This document shows positions 1 to 9,469 of a stretch of DNA of 64,000 nt, in pieces. Within the stretch, counting starts at the first letter, position 1, and every line of letters starts with the position of its first letter. Under the pieces are notes generated by a model, which was not told where the DNA came from, did no database searches, and saw only the letters and a program-made list of their open reading frames with translations. The DNA lies in IMG/VR virus record IMGVR_UViG_3300032301_000360, positions 3,819-67,818 of that record. The stretch is one strand, 5' to 3'. The DNA is from a virus (lineage: Duplodnaviria > Caudoviricetes). Both the position numbers and the translations under genes were made by a program.

Positions 1-2
1 CG

Positions 3-1121
3 GAGCGTGATTATGGACGCATCATCAACTATCGTCAGATGGGCAATGACGTGTTCCCTGATCCCGCTACCGCACCTGATGCACATACTGCATATCTGTG
101 GGGCCTGCGTCGCCAGTGCAGAGGACTTATCTTTGATCTTGAGGGTAATGTGATCAGCCCTGGGTTTGAGAAATTTTTCAATGTCTCGGAACGTGAAGAG
201 ACGCTAGTGAATAATCTGCCATTTGATGAACCGCATGTGATCATGGAGAAGCTGGATGGGTCGATGGTGAGGCCCATGCCCTTGGCAGATGGTGGTTACC
301 TGATGTCCACCAAAATGGGGCCCACTGATGTGGCTGCCAATGCTGATCGTTGGGTGCGTGCTCATGATAACTATGACCGCTTCATGCGAGACACTATTGC
401 GCAAGGTCTTATGCCACTGCTGGAATGGTGTTCTAGGCAGAACCGGATCGTGATTGACTACCCTGAAGACCGTCTAGTGCTGCTGGCTGTGCGTGATGTT
501 CGCACGGGTGAATATCTGCCCTTGAACATGATGCTGGAACTGGCTGGCGAGTATGGTGTAGAGACTGTGCGCCGCTATGTGGGCACGCCTGACAGCATGC
601 AGCATCTCATGGAGGAGACCCGTGGCATCCTGGACCAAGAAGGTTGGGTGGTGGCTTGGCCCCATCTGCGAGTCAAGATCAAGGGTGAACAGTATGTGGC
701 TGTGCACCGTGCCAAGGAGGGCATCCTGCGTGAGAACGCAGTTATCGAAATGATGCTGGATGAGAAGCTGGATGATGTCAAGTCGTTCCTGCCTCAGGAA
801 GATCGTGAACACCTGGAGCGGTTTGAGACTGAGTTCTGGCACGGGGTGAATGACACCACGGGTCGCTGGCAGCTGGCTTATGCAGATGTCAAAAGCCAGT
901 TTGGTTCTGATCGTAAGGGCTTTGCACTGGAGTGGGCTTCCAAGTTTGATGGCCACTTGCGTGGCGCCATCTTCAAGGCTTGGGATGATCAGAAGTTTGA
1001 CTTCCATGAGGCTGTGCTACAGGCTGTGCGCAAGGGCACCACCACTCAGGCCAAGACTGATGAGAATAGGTATTTGTGGGGTGATGCCAAGTGGAGCATC
1101 AACTCTATGGGAGATGAATGA
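3..1121 (+). CDS. rnlA: T4 Rnl1-type RNA ligase (5'-truncated by window edge)
   Basis: Motif I EKLDGS, CRGLIFD, KFFNVSE, EGWVV and VKIK ligase motifs. The frame is open back to base 3 (ERDYGRIINYRQ), so the true start lies upstream of the window. Confidence 0.9.
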   Translation, partial: ERDYGRIINYRQMGNDVFPDPATAPDAHTAYLWGLRRQCRGLIFDLEGNVISPGFEKFFNVSEREETLVNNLPFDEPHVIMEKLDGSMVRPMPLADGGYLMSTKMGPTDVAANADRWVRAHDNYDRFMRDTIAQGLMPLLEWCSRQNRIVIDYPEDRLVLLAVRDVRTGEYLPLNMMLELAGEYGVETVRRYVGTPDSMQHLMEETRGILDQEGWVVAWPHLRVKIKGEQYVAVHRAKEGILRENAVIEMMLDEKLDDVKSFLPQEDREHLERFETEFWHGVNDTTGRWQLAYADVKSQFGSDRKGFALEWASKFDGHLRGAIFKAWDDQKFDFHEAVLQAVRKGTTTQAKTDENRYLWGDAKWSINSMGDE

Positions 1122-1327
1122 TGGATAAAGATCAAATTGAAAAGCTTGCTGAACAAGCTGCAGAATATTGTAAGACGCAGCCAAGGGAAATAGCTGGAAC
1201 TATGTGGGAAAGAAAGTTTGCTGAATTGATTATCAAAGAGTGTGCCAAAGTAGCAGATGCTTATTATGATAAAGGCTTTTGTCCAGTAGGTGGATTTGTT
1301 CTTGAACATTTTAATATTAAACCATGA
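1118..1327 (+). CDS. small hypothetical phage protein
   Basis: ATGA overlap with both neighbours; WERKFAELIIKECA-type small phage protein. Confidence 0.7.
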   Translation: MMDKDQIEKLAEQAAEYCKTQPREIAGTMWERKFAELIIKECAKVADAYYDKGFCPVGGFVLEHFNIKP

Positions 1328-1788
1328 AGATGTATATTGCAGTGCTGGAAGATGTACCAGACTTCATCACACCCACCCTGGTGGCTCATGCTGTGCTGGG
1401 TGCGCACCTGGTGCACTCAGGTGATGAGAATTATAATGCATGGCTGAAAGATAGCTTCAAGAAGTGTGTGGTAAGGGTTAACTCAAAAGAGTTTTCCAAG
1501 ATTGCTGCTCTGCCAGGTGTGTATCTGGGTCATGAGAACAAGACCCTGGATGGTATCAAGTCATGCGCAGTGCCTGTGCCTTGTGTGGATGCAGATCTGC
1601 CCAACGTGCTCAAGTTTGCCAAGCTGTGGAAGCCTGTGCAGCCTGAAACTCCACCTGTTAGGCAAGGACAAATTAGTCCAGAGTTTCTAGCAGAGCTGCA
1701 AGCTTATGGTGACTCCCTGGACAAGACTCAGATTAATGAATTCCTGGAATTGTATCGTGACTCTTCAAGCACAGATGATCTTAAATGA
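1324..1788 (+). CDS. peptidyl-tRNA hydrolase 2 (PTH2)-like protein
   Basis: KMYIAV...LVAHA...W...FKKCVVRV pattern resembles the PTH2 family (KMVIVV...QVAHA...W...KIVL). Assigned by eye. Confidence 0.55.
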   Translation: MKMYIAVLEDVPDFITPTLVAHAVLGAHLVHSGDENYNAWLKDSFKKCVVRVNSKEFSKIAALPGVYLGHENKTLDGIKSCAVPVPCVDADLPNVLKFAKLWKPVQPETPPVRQGQISPEFLAELQAYGDSLDKTQINEFLELYRDSSSTDDLK

Positions 1789-2228
1789 CCAAATGCACAT
1801 GTCTTGATAAGGTATGCAAGCGTCCACCCTTCACCTGCACTGGCCTCACACATGACAGTGGATATCCTGCCCAAATGAGATACAACTGGGGATATGCACC
1901 CTGGGTGATTGAGTCTTGGGCAAAACAAAGCAAAGAAACTGGTGCTGATAAGCGTGAAGCTATTATCAAACAGAACATCTTGCAGCACATTAAGAAGTCA
2001 AAAGAGAACAGGATCATGTCTGACATACAAGAAGAATTCAACTACGTGGTGGCCAGGAAGTGGGCACCAGATGACCCTATTACTGACTTGTGCATTTACA
2101 CTTATGGACATCAAATACAAAAAGGCACCCTGGCAGATGCTCAAAGGTTTTTGGAATATGTGCAATCAGGTGCTGATGAAAAGGAAGAGTATCACATTTA
2201 CAAAGTATCTTATGAGAAATTAACATGA
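1785..2228 (+). CDS. hypothetical protein
   Basis: ATGA-coupled ORF in a tight operon. Confidence 0.65.
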   Translation: MTKCTCLDKVCKRPPFTCTGLTHDSGYPAQMRYNWGYAPWVIESWAKQSKETGADKREAIIKQNILQHIKKSKENRIMSDIQEEFNYVVARKWAPDDPITDLCIYTYGHQIQKGTLADAQRFLEYVQSGADEKEEYHIYKVSYEKLT

Positions 2229-2698
2229 CAGAACATCCTACAAAAAACAAAGTGGCTCTTAAGCTAGAGCAGGCTGCTAAGAATTCGCCATATTCCCTGG
2301 AAAAAGACAATTACCAGATGGCTGTTGATGAGATCCGTAGGCTGCAACAGCTGGTGGATGCCTCGCATGAATGCCAAGCAAACAGGCAGGATGCTGCTGC
2401 ATATTGTGAGAAATGTGGTAGATATTTGGGTGAAGGCTGTGGAAAATATGGACCCTACGTGAGGGAGGAGATACCCCCAATAACCACCGACGACATAGGG
2501 GCGCACGGAGACACCCACGGCGGGATATTCTGGGTTCGTGCCACGGACGGCGGATGGCGATCTTCAACCCAGGGCGAGGCTTGTGACGAAATCAAGCGAC
2601 TGCGGGCGGCGTTGAAAAATATATCCACGGGTCTTGCGGTTATAGCCCACAAGCCCAAACCTTCCGCAAAGCCCTCTCACGTGGAGGGGAAGTCATGA
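2225..2698 (+). CDS. hypothetical protein, mosaic (CpG-rich 3' half)
   Basis: ATGA-coupled ORF with a CxxC motif and an abrupt composition change at ~2455. Confidence 0.6.
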   Translation: MTEHPTKNKVALKLEQAAKNSPYSLEKDNYQMAVDEIRRLQQLVDASHECQANRQDAAAYCEKCGRYLGEGCGKYGPYVREEIPPITTDDIGAHGDTHGGIFWVRATDGGWRSSTQGEACDEIKRLRAALKNISTGLAVIAHKPKPSAKPSHVEGKS

Positions 2699-2955
2699 GC
2701 CACACAGCAAAAGACGAAGCTGAGATAGTGAATACTCAGGATGTGGCAGATCTGGGCGAGACTGAAATCAAAGTGTATGACGGTGTAATTTGGCATGCAG
2801 ATGAATCTGATTCATGTGTGAGAATCTTCCGTGGACACATGCAGATCATCAAGGCACCCAAGCGAGACACTCCTTATGAGGAATATTGGCCCACTCCAGA
2901 GCAACTCACATGGATGTTGCAAGTGCTCAACCAAGCGGAAATGTCTCGCTCATGA
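2695..2955 (+). CDS. hypothetical protein
   Basis: ATGA-coupled ORF with GGAGGG Shine-Dalgarno upstream. Confidence 0.7.
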   Translation: MSHTAKDEAEIVNTQDVADLGETEIKVYDGVIWHADESDSCVRIFRGHMQIIKAPKRDTPYEEYWPTPEQLTWMLQVLNQAEMSRS

Positions 2956-3275
2956 GCAGTAAACATGACATGCACACACAATTTGAATCTGACTGGAGAG
3001 CCAGAATTACCAAATACACAACTTTATATCAACAACGCATGAATCATACATACTTGAACGCAGATCTTTTTGTGAATCCAGTCACGAACCTCCAAGAGGA
3101 GAAGATCTCCGTCATGCAGGTGGAGATTGCAGAACCTGATCTGGATGCCATGATCAGACAACTAAAAGATGCAAATTGGCATGTACTTATTCAAAACAAA
3201 TATCCTCACCTGCGTGCAGCTTACCTGGAATATCTCACACTTGTGCACATGACTGTGGATCAAGATTCATTTTGA
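2952..3275 (+). CDS. hypothetical protein
   Basis: ATGA overlap at 2952-2955 gives the likely start (ORF track starts at 2886). Confidence 0.65.
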   Translation: MSSKHDMHTQFESDWRARITKYTTLYQQRMNHTYLNADLFVNPVTNLQEEKISVMQVEIAEPDLDAMIRQLKDANWHVLIQNKYPHLRAAYLEYLTLVHMTVDQDSF

Positions 3276-3299
3276 CACCTGTTTGAGATATGTTATTAT
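3272..3299 (+). promoter_or_regulatory. sigma70-type early promoter
   Basis: TTGACA-16 nt-TATTAT with extended -10 TG, upstream of the AAA ATPase. Confidence 0.75.
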
Positions 3300-3336
3300 A
3301 TGTTCATATTAGTAATTAACACAAGGACCTGATCTC

Positions 3337-4410
3337 ATGTTACGCAATCAAATCCTGGACACCAGTTTCAATACAGAAGGTCATTCCCATGCGGTTGTAA
3401 GCAGTTTAAATCACAAGTTTTGGCAGGAATGCACAGCCTCCGAAGTGGTGAGTGTGCGCTTTGAACTGGACACCAAAGGCACAGAGCTGGAAATGTTCCA
3501 CAAGATCAAGCAAGTGTGTTTGAATTTGTTTCCCCAAACACTAACACAGGGCAACTTTATTGGTTCCAGTGAGTTTTACGTACAAGCAGGAAATTTGGTG
3601 CTTGTGCAAGTCCGAAATGGATCTTATCGCAAAAACCGTTCAGGTATCTGTGAGTATGCCATTGACATCATGGGCGATGAAGTTAATGTGCATACAGTGC
3701 AGGCACAAATTGAACACATCATGCGCAGCAAAAAATTGGTAAAGATCAGTTGGCATTATCTGACCAATCGTGGCACAGACTCTGCCAGTTTGCATGTGAC
3801 TGGACTCAACCAGCATATCCGTGATGAGTACTATCCTTGGTTCAAGCAGGGCGTGGCTGAATTTATTAAAAGTTACTTTGACAACCCTGCTGCTGTGTTG
3901 GTGCTGTATGGCCCACCTGGCACAGGCAAGACCAGTTTCTTGCGCCACCTGTTGCTCACGCAGGGCGTGAATGCCATGGTCACATATGATGACAAGGTAC
4001 TAAACAAGGATGAGTTTTTTGTGAACTATCTGACTGATCAAGATCATGATGCACTCATTGTGGAAGATGCAGATGTGTTTCTGGCACCGCGTGAAGATGG
4101 TGAAAACACACTCATGAGCAAGTTCTTGAACGTGAGCGATGGACTCATTAAGATCATGAACAAAAAAATGATCTTTACCACCAACATCACACAGCTAAAC
4201 AAGATTGATGCAGCCCTTCTACGCCCTGGTCGTTGCTTTGACGCAGTGGAATTTCGTGAGTTGACACCTGTAGAAGCTGCATGTGCTGCCCAGGCAGCAG
4301 GGCAACCTGAACAAGATTGGGGCTCACAACGTGCATGGAGTTTGGCTCAGCTGTTTAATGTGGGGGAACAGTCTAGTCCCACCAACCGGTTCCGTATGGG
4401 GTTTAGCTAA
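3337..4410 (+). CDS. AAA+ ATPase
   Basis: Walker A GPPGTGKT, Walker B LIVED, sensor TTN, arginine finger LLRPGR. Confidence 0.9.
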   Translation: MLRNQILDTSFNTEGHSHAVVSSLNHKFWQECTASEVVSVRFELDTKGTELEMFHKIKQVCLNLFPQTLTQGNFIGSSEFYVQAGNLVLVQVRNGSYRKNRSGICEYAIDIMGDEVNVHTVQAQIEHIMRSKKLVKISWHYLTNRGTDSASLHVTGLNQHIRDEYYPWFKQGVAEFIKSYFDNPAAVLVLYGPPGTGKTSFLRHLLLTQGVNAMVTYDDKVLNKDEFFVNYLTDQDHDALIVEDADVFLAPREDGENTLMSKFLNVSDGLIKIMNKKMIFTTNITQLNKIDAALLRPGRCFDAVEFRELTPVEAACAAQAAGQPEQDWGSQRAWSLAQLFNVGEQSSPTNRFRMGFS

Positions 4411-4435
4411 TGCATGATCATACACAGGTAATCAC

Positions 4436-4639
4436 ATGCCCGTGGGATTAAAGGTAATGATTGATGAAAATAGACCCATGGCTTTCTGGGACAAATTTTT
4501 GGATGCACAGGAATCCCATGAGAACATGGATAAAATATTGGCCAGATGGGGTGCACACACCAATTGGGACGATTGGTCAGATCCAGTATGGTTTACTGAC
4601 CAAGAGTGCCTGGCTGCCTTTTTATTAGCATGGTCATGA
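4436..4639 (+). CDS. small hypothetical protein
   Basis: CAGG SD upstream; C-terminal FxDxxxxxxFLLxW pattern typical of small jumbo-phage proteins. Confidence 0.6.
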   Translation: MPVGLKVMIDENRPMAFWDKFLDAQESHENMDKILARWGAHTNWDDWSDPVWFTDQECLAAFLLAWS

Positions 4640-4866
4640 ATAACCCATATAACCCTGGTGTGGTGGTATACACAGTGATGAAAACCCAGGAGTCTCAAGT
4701 ATAAAGCGGAGCACTGGAAAAAAGGAAAATCTACTAATCACAGACAAATATGATGAGCCATCAGGGTAGTTGTGGGACTACCATTAATGTCCTATGTCCA
4801 ACACCTACAAATACTCATTCAAGCATGAGGATCATTCTGCATGGTTTATACTAACATTTTGTTAGA

Positions 4867-6408
4867 TCAGTCACGTGCTTTTTTGGCCCTGCCCAATGCC
4901 TGAACATCTTTAACAGTGGGGTCGCGCACATCACGAGCGCCTGCTTTCACAATCTTACCCACTTTTTTGTCTCTGATTGCTTTCTCTGCCTTAGCAGGTG
5001 TTGCAAATGAGTCTCCTGTCATTTTGTCCACAATCTCACCATCTTTGGTCATCTCAAAACGCTCATCACCTGCCAATTCTTTTAATACTTTACCCATTTC
5101 CACAATATTACGGAATACAGGCTTACCTGAAGGATCTTCCACCTTCAAACGTGCCTTCACCAGCACACGATCAGGTTTGCCTGCTTCATGTACAACCACT
5201 GTGGGTGTTTGTAATGAACTTGAACTGGTCTTGATGCTGCATTCCAGGTCCACATCCTTCAACTGTTTTTCCAAATTTTGAAAGTTTAACTGGTCATATC
5301 CCGCAATAGTGGGTGCATTTTTGAGGGCCACCAACACCACGTCATTTTCTGCACCTCTAGCAAAATGTTGGATACCACGGGCCAAGTTGATGACAAAGTT
5401 GGCTTCTTTACTTGCACTGGCTGCTTTCAGTTCTGTGCTGATTTGATCCTTGACCCAGAAATATGCTGCACTGGCTGCCTCCACTGGCGAGCCAGTGTCC
5501 CATTCCCTTTGTATGGATACTGGTAGTGAAACACCAAACAGTGTGTGCATGAATTCTTTTATGCTGTCAAAGCTGGTACCATACTTTTGACCAAATTGTT
5601 CCACATCAGATGCTTTCAAGCTAATGTTCAGCTTGACTGGCTTGCCATCAATCTTGACCCTCACATCCACCTTGGTGCCAGTTTGTTCACTCATACCATC
5701 ACTTATGATTTCCACAACATTGGAATCGGGGTCATTCAGGATGTGGTCAATTTGATTTTGTACCTGTTTATTCTTGTTACTGAACAATTGTGCGCTCTTG
5801 AGAGCACCAATATACCCTGATCTGTCCTCACTCATGAGTGCATCCATGCTCAGCTTGTCCAGTTTGATTAACAGTTTTACTTTGTTACCATCCACAGTTT
5901 TGGTATATGTGGCCTTTCCAATGGGTGCCTTCCTGCCCTGCTGAATATATTCCAGTTTGCCGCCTTGTGTGTTGTGCTTGATAGCATCCAGAATCTTAAT
6001 AATGTGCTGTTCTCTCACAGGTTTATTGTTGATAAACCTGGCTGTGAGTGCCACCCCCAATAGGCCTTCTGCCAAGTTACCCACATTGTAGCCCTTTGCA
6101 CCGGCGCCACCACCAAACTCAGTGGTCTTCTTCAAATTGCCAATGGCCATGGTTCGACCGTCCAGCGTGCGTATCTGAATCTTGCTGATCTTTTCTCCAG
6201 CCAACAACCTATCAAAGACTTCTTTTAATTCATCATGTGTTTTAGGGTCAATTAATATCTGTTCGCCTGTGCGTTCCACAGTGAACGGAGTTTGTTCCTG
6301 TACCATGTTCAGGAACTTTTGTATACGCCAAGGTCGTTTAACTAATGCACTTGCATCCAGCCCTGATTCCATAATTGTGTGTGATGCGGTTAACTGCTGT
6401 ATTCTCAT
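4867..6408 (-). CDS. PD-(D/E)xK restriction-endonuclease-like protein, probably head-packaged
   Basis: GNLAEG...KVDV...ISLK arrangement; N-terminal TIME leader; TATAAATA late promoter upstream. Confidence 0.5.
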   Translation of the reverse strand: MRIQQLTASHTIMESGLDASALVKRPWRIQKFLNMVQEQTPFTVERTGEQILIDPKTHDELKEVFDRLLAGEKISKIQIRTLDGRTMAIGNLKKTTEFGGGAGAKGYNVGNLAEGLLGVALTARFINNKPVREQHIIKILDAIKHNTQGGKLEYIQQGRKAPIGKATYTKTVDGNKVKLLIKLDKLSMDALMSEDRSGYIGALKSAQLFSNKNKQVQNQIDHILNDPDSNVVEIISDGMSEQTGTKVDVRVKIDGKPVKLNISLKASDVEQFGQKYGTSFDSIKEFMHTLFGVSLPVSIQREWDTGSPVEAASAAYFWVKDQISTELKAASASKEANFVINLARGIQHFARGAENDVVLVALKNAPTIAGYDQLNFQNLEKQLKDVDLECSIKTSSSSLQTPTVVVHEAGKPDRVLVKARLKVEDPSGKPVFRNIVEMGKVLKELAGDERFEMTKDGEIVDKMTGDSFATPAKAEKAIRDKKVGKIVKAGARDVRDPTVKDVQALGRAKKARD

Positions 6409-6461
6409 GTGTGGATCCCTTGTCTTAGTTATACAGTATGTAAAGTAACTAAATGTGAAAA

Positions 6462-6473
6462 TATTTATAAATA
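6462..6473. promoter_or_regulatory. back-to-back T4-type late promoters
   Basis: Perfect palindrome TATTTATAAATA, giving TATAAATA on both strands between divergent genes. Confidence 0.7.
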
Positions 6474-6506
6474 GGCGTAAGGCATGCGTTATGTGGAGGC
6501 TCTACA

Positions 6507-6710
6507 GTGTGGTTCATCAAAACAATTACCTTGGTCATAATGCTGTTTGGTATCTTCTGGATTAGTGGGTATATGGCCACTTGGGTGTTCAAGCTAACTG
6601 GTTGTATTTGGTCTGGTTCAGCTATATTTGGGGTTCTTATGGTGACCAGTGGACTAAGCCTTGCACTCACAGAATCTTGGGCATGGTTAATTGACCTTAT
6701 TGGTTACTAG
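6507..6710 (+). CDS. small membrane protein (two predicted TM helices)
   Basis: 67 aa, two hydrophobic stretches, GGAGG SD upstream. Confidence 0.55.
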   Translation: MWFIKTITLVIMLFGIFWISGYMATWVFKLTGCIWSGSAIFGVLMVTSGLSLALTESWAWLIDLIGY

Positions 6711-6735
6711 TATGAGACCAATCTTCACATATAAG

Positions 6736-6763
6736 TTGACTGTAATGTGTAATCTGCTATGCT
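6736..6763 (+). promoter_or_regulatory. sigma70-type early promoter
   Basis: TTGACT-16 nt-TATGCT with extended TG, 6 nt before the ATG at 6770. Confidence 0.65.
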
Positions 6764-6769
6764 ATATGG

Positions 6770-7888
6770 ATGGAAATTCAATTACACAGTTTAATTTTGT
6801 TATGCGGGCCTGACTTCTCCGTGAAACATACATGGGCCCAGAATAACTTCTGTGCACATGAAATAGTAACACATGCACATGTTTCACACACATTAACTGG
6901 TCATAAAACCAGTACCATCAACAGATCTGAAATACGTGAAGAGATAAAACATCAGGTGCGGCTCAGACTCAGCCTAGGTCAACAAGTTGTGTTAATCCTG
7001 GATCATACATCTCACGTGGATGTACATCCGTGGGCAGATTTATGTGACAGTCTGGGCGCCAACATGTATGTAGTGCTATTCAATCAAAAACTTACAACCA
7101 GTTGTGTACCCTGTATACGTGCAGAACAAGTGCAGTTTACTAAACTGTGTGTGCAAAAAATACTTGCTGTGGGAGATGTGCATGGAGATTATAATGCCAT
7201 GAAAATGGCTTATGATCATGCACAAAGAAATAACTTGCATGTGGTTTGGTTGGGGGATGTTGTGGATTATGGTGATCACAATCTGAAATGTGTGCATTTG
7301 GCTTACCAGAGTGTGAAAAACAGACAGGCACACATGATTTGGGGTAATCATGAGAGAAAGATTGGTAAGTGGTTGGATGCTCACATGGGCTCACAATACA
7401 GAGGCAGAATGAGTGAAGCCAACCAGAAAACCATAAGAGAAATTGACAGCCTGGCTCCTCACCGCCAACAGCGGTTCCTGAGTGCTTGGAAATTCTTAGA
7501 GCAAGCAAGCTATCAAGTATTGCATTTGGGCGCATGGACATTCACCCATGGAGCCATTCATCCAGATGCAGGGCAGCGGAATTCACACAGATTGCACGGT
7601 GTTGCTGGGGAGTGGGCATACTTTGGCGAGGTTCACAACCAAACACCAAACACAGAGGGTTATCCGCAACGATGCTGGAATTGGGTGGACCAATTACCCC
7701 CAAATGCTAAAGTGGTGGTGGGGCATGATTGGGTAGATCGCACACACATGCAAGTGACTGTGAAAACAGGCATCCAAGGTGCACAAGTATGGTGTGTGGA
7801 CACAGGCTCCAGTAAAGGCGGTCATTTGAGTGCACTGGAAATTGATTTAAACACAAATAAATGGGAGACTAAGGTGTTCACACCTTAA
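6770..7888 (+). CDS. Pnkp-like protein: degenerate kinase module plus calcineurin-type metallophosphoesterase
   Basis: GDVHG, GDVVDYG, GNHE, THG and GHD phosphoesterase motifs; N-terminal LILLCGPDFSVKHT occupies the position of the Pnkp P-loop. Confidence 0.8.
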   Translation: MEIQLHSLILLCGPDFSVKHTWAQNNFCAHEIVTHAHVSHTLTGHKTSTINRSEIREEIKHQVRLRLSLGQQVVLILDHTSHVDVHPWADLCDSLGANMYVVLFNQKLTTSCVPCIRAEQVQFTKLCVQKILAVGDVHGDYNAMKMAYDHAQRNNLHVVWLGDVVDYGDHNLKCVHLAYQSVKNRQAHMIWGNHERKIGKWLDAHMGSQYRGRMSEANQKTIREIDSLAPHRQQRFLSAWKFLEQASYQVLHLGAWTFTHGAIHPDAGQRNSHRLHGVAGEWAYFGEVHNQTPNTEGYPQRCWNWVDQLPPNAKVVVGHDWVDRTHMQVTVKTGIQGAQVWCVDTGSSKGGHLSALEIDLNTNKWETKVFTP

Positions 7889-7898
7889 ACATTTACGC

Positions 7899-8471
7899 AT
7901 GAGCCACACATTAATCTTGAACAAAGACTACACACCGTTGGCTGTTGCTCCGTTGAGCACAATTAATTGGAAAGAAGCTGTAAAATTGGTTTATCTTAAC
8001 CAAGTGGATGTACTTGAGTATTATGACAATTGGTTTGTGCATAGTCCCAGTGTGACCATTCAGATGCCCAGTGTGTTGGTGAGCAGGACATATGTGAAAA
8101 CTTCCCGGAGTATCAAGTTTAATAAGACCAATCTGTGTATTAGAGATGATTTCTCCTGTCAATATTGTCAAAAGAAGCTAGAGCAGAAGCTACTCACTGT
8201 GGACCATGTACAACCCAGGTCCAAGGGAGGTAAAACCAATTGGAACAACGTTTGTTGCGCCTGTTCCAGGTGTAACACTCACAAAGCCAACCGTGTTGAT
8301 TGGAAACCCATCAGAGAGCCACACAAGCCCACTTATGGGGAATTGTTGGTCAAGGTCAAAAACATGCCTCTACAAATTCCTGATGAGAAATGGGCACCAT
8401 ACTTGGGGTGGCCCCCTCATTTGGTGCATGTGAAGAAAAACCCTTATAATATTATTGACTACAACGATTAA
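7899..8471 (+). CDS. HNH endonuclease (McrA/HNH_5-like, zinc-binding)
   Basis: CQYC...TVDHVQPRSKGG...NVCCACSRCN. Confidence 0.9.
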   Translation: MSHTLILNKDYTPLAVAPLSTINWKEAVKLVYLNQVDVLEYYDNWFVHSPSVTIQMPSVLVSRTYVKTSRSIKFNKTNLCIRDDFSCQYCQKKLEQKLLTVDHVQPRSKGGKTNWNNVCCACSRCNTHKANRVDWKPIREPHKPTYGELLVKVKNMPLQIPDEKWAPYLGWPPHLVHVKKNPYNIIDYND

Positions 8472-8513
8472 TCTGACTAAAGTCAATTATAAATTAAACT
8501 TGAGGGTATAAAA

Positions 8514-8711
8514 ATGGATACCACTTCCCCTTCACAGGGTATCAGTCTGCAAGATCTACAAAACGTGTTGGTTGTGATTGATCTTGCATGCTCCAGAGGG
8601 GCAATTCGTGCCCCTGAACTCACCACAGTGGGTCAGTTGTATGATAGAATTCAAAAATTTGTGCAGCAAAGCACACCAAACGCCACACAGGAAGGATCAC
8701 AAGATGTTTGA
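8514..8711 (+). CDS. small hypothetical protein
   Basis: GAGG SD; 65-aa helical ORF overlapping the next start. Confidence 0.65.
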   Translation: MDTTSPSQGISLQDLQNVLVVIDLACSRGAIRAPELTTVGQLYDRIQKFVQQSTPNATQEGSQDV

Positions 8712-9417
8712 AGGTATGTTAAAACACACTGGAATTTTAAATAATACAGGTAAGAATGTGGTGGTAGCCTTCATGCGTCTGCCAGAAGATGCAGACCATG
8801 CACTAGTTATTGACACAGATGCACTGCCTGACATGTTCAACGAGTCACTGCGTAAGGTTGTGGAAAGTGTGGAAGGACAGAATGCTAAGAATTTAGCAGA
8901 TGTGTTGGCCCGCCGCATGAGCCCAGATGGTTCAAACACCACCATGCTACAGAAGTTTCACATGGCCAATCGTCTCATGAAGACACCTGTTAATAATGTG
9001 ACCATGACGCCCAAGAGGGGTGTCAGGTGGCCCTTGACTGATGTGATTGCTGCAATGGAATCGGACACAAGTGCTCCACAAGGATTTGATGATTTGGATC
9101 CAGAGACCAAGGCATCAATTGCAGCTGAAGTTAAAAAGTTTAACATGCATGCTCACAACACAGAAGGCGAGACTGTATCAGGTGTAAAGGGTGATGCTAG
9201 GGCACTGCTGGAAATGGCCCAACTGCTGGAATCAGACGCTCAGAGCAAGAGAGAGCAAGCCTACCGTATGGACCCTGGTTTGCGTCCCAAGCAAGTTAAA
9301 ATGACACCAGTCACTGAGACTGTCCAACAAGATGATTTGACCATGTCAACAGGATTTGATAGTGGACAACAGCCTGTGCGTACCAAACGAGCTACAAAAA
9401 AAGCAGCTGGGGGATAA
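8704..9417 (+). CDS. hypothetical protein
   Basis: Likely start MFEGMLKHTG at 8704 with GGAAGG SD (ORF track starts at 8578). Confidence 0.7.
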   Translation: MFEGMLKHTGILNNTGKNVVVAFMRLPEDADHALVIDTDALPDMFNESLRKVVESVEGQNAKNLADVLARRMSPDGSNTTMLQKFHMANRLMKTPVNNVTMTPKRGVRWPLTDVIAAMESDTSAPQGFDDLDPETKASIAAEVKKFNMHAHNTEGETVSGVKGDARALLEMAQLLESDAQSKREQAYRMDPGLRPKQVKMTPVTETVQQDDLTMSTGFDSGQQPVRTKRATKKAAGG

Positions 9418-9469
9418 GCATTTAGGACCTCACCCTGTTAAATATGGTTATATCAGGGTGAGGTTCCAA

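Noticed and set aside
4636-4860. Possible small gene or ncRNA between 4639 and 4867
   Set aside because: Only 22-23-codon fragments (one ending FKHEDHSAWFILTF, perhaps a decayed small gene); no convincing structure; too weak to call.
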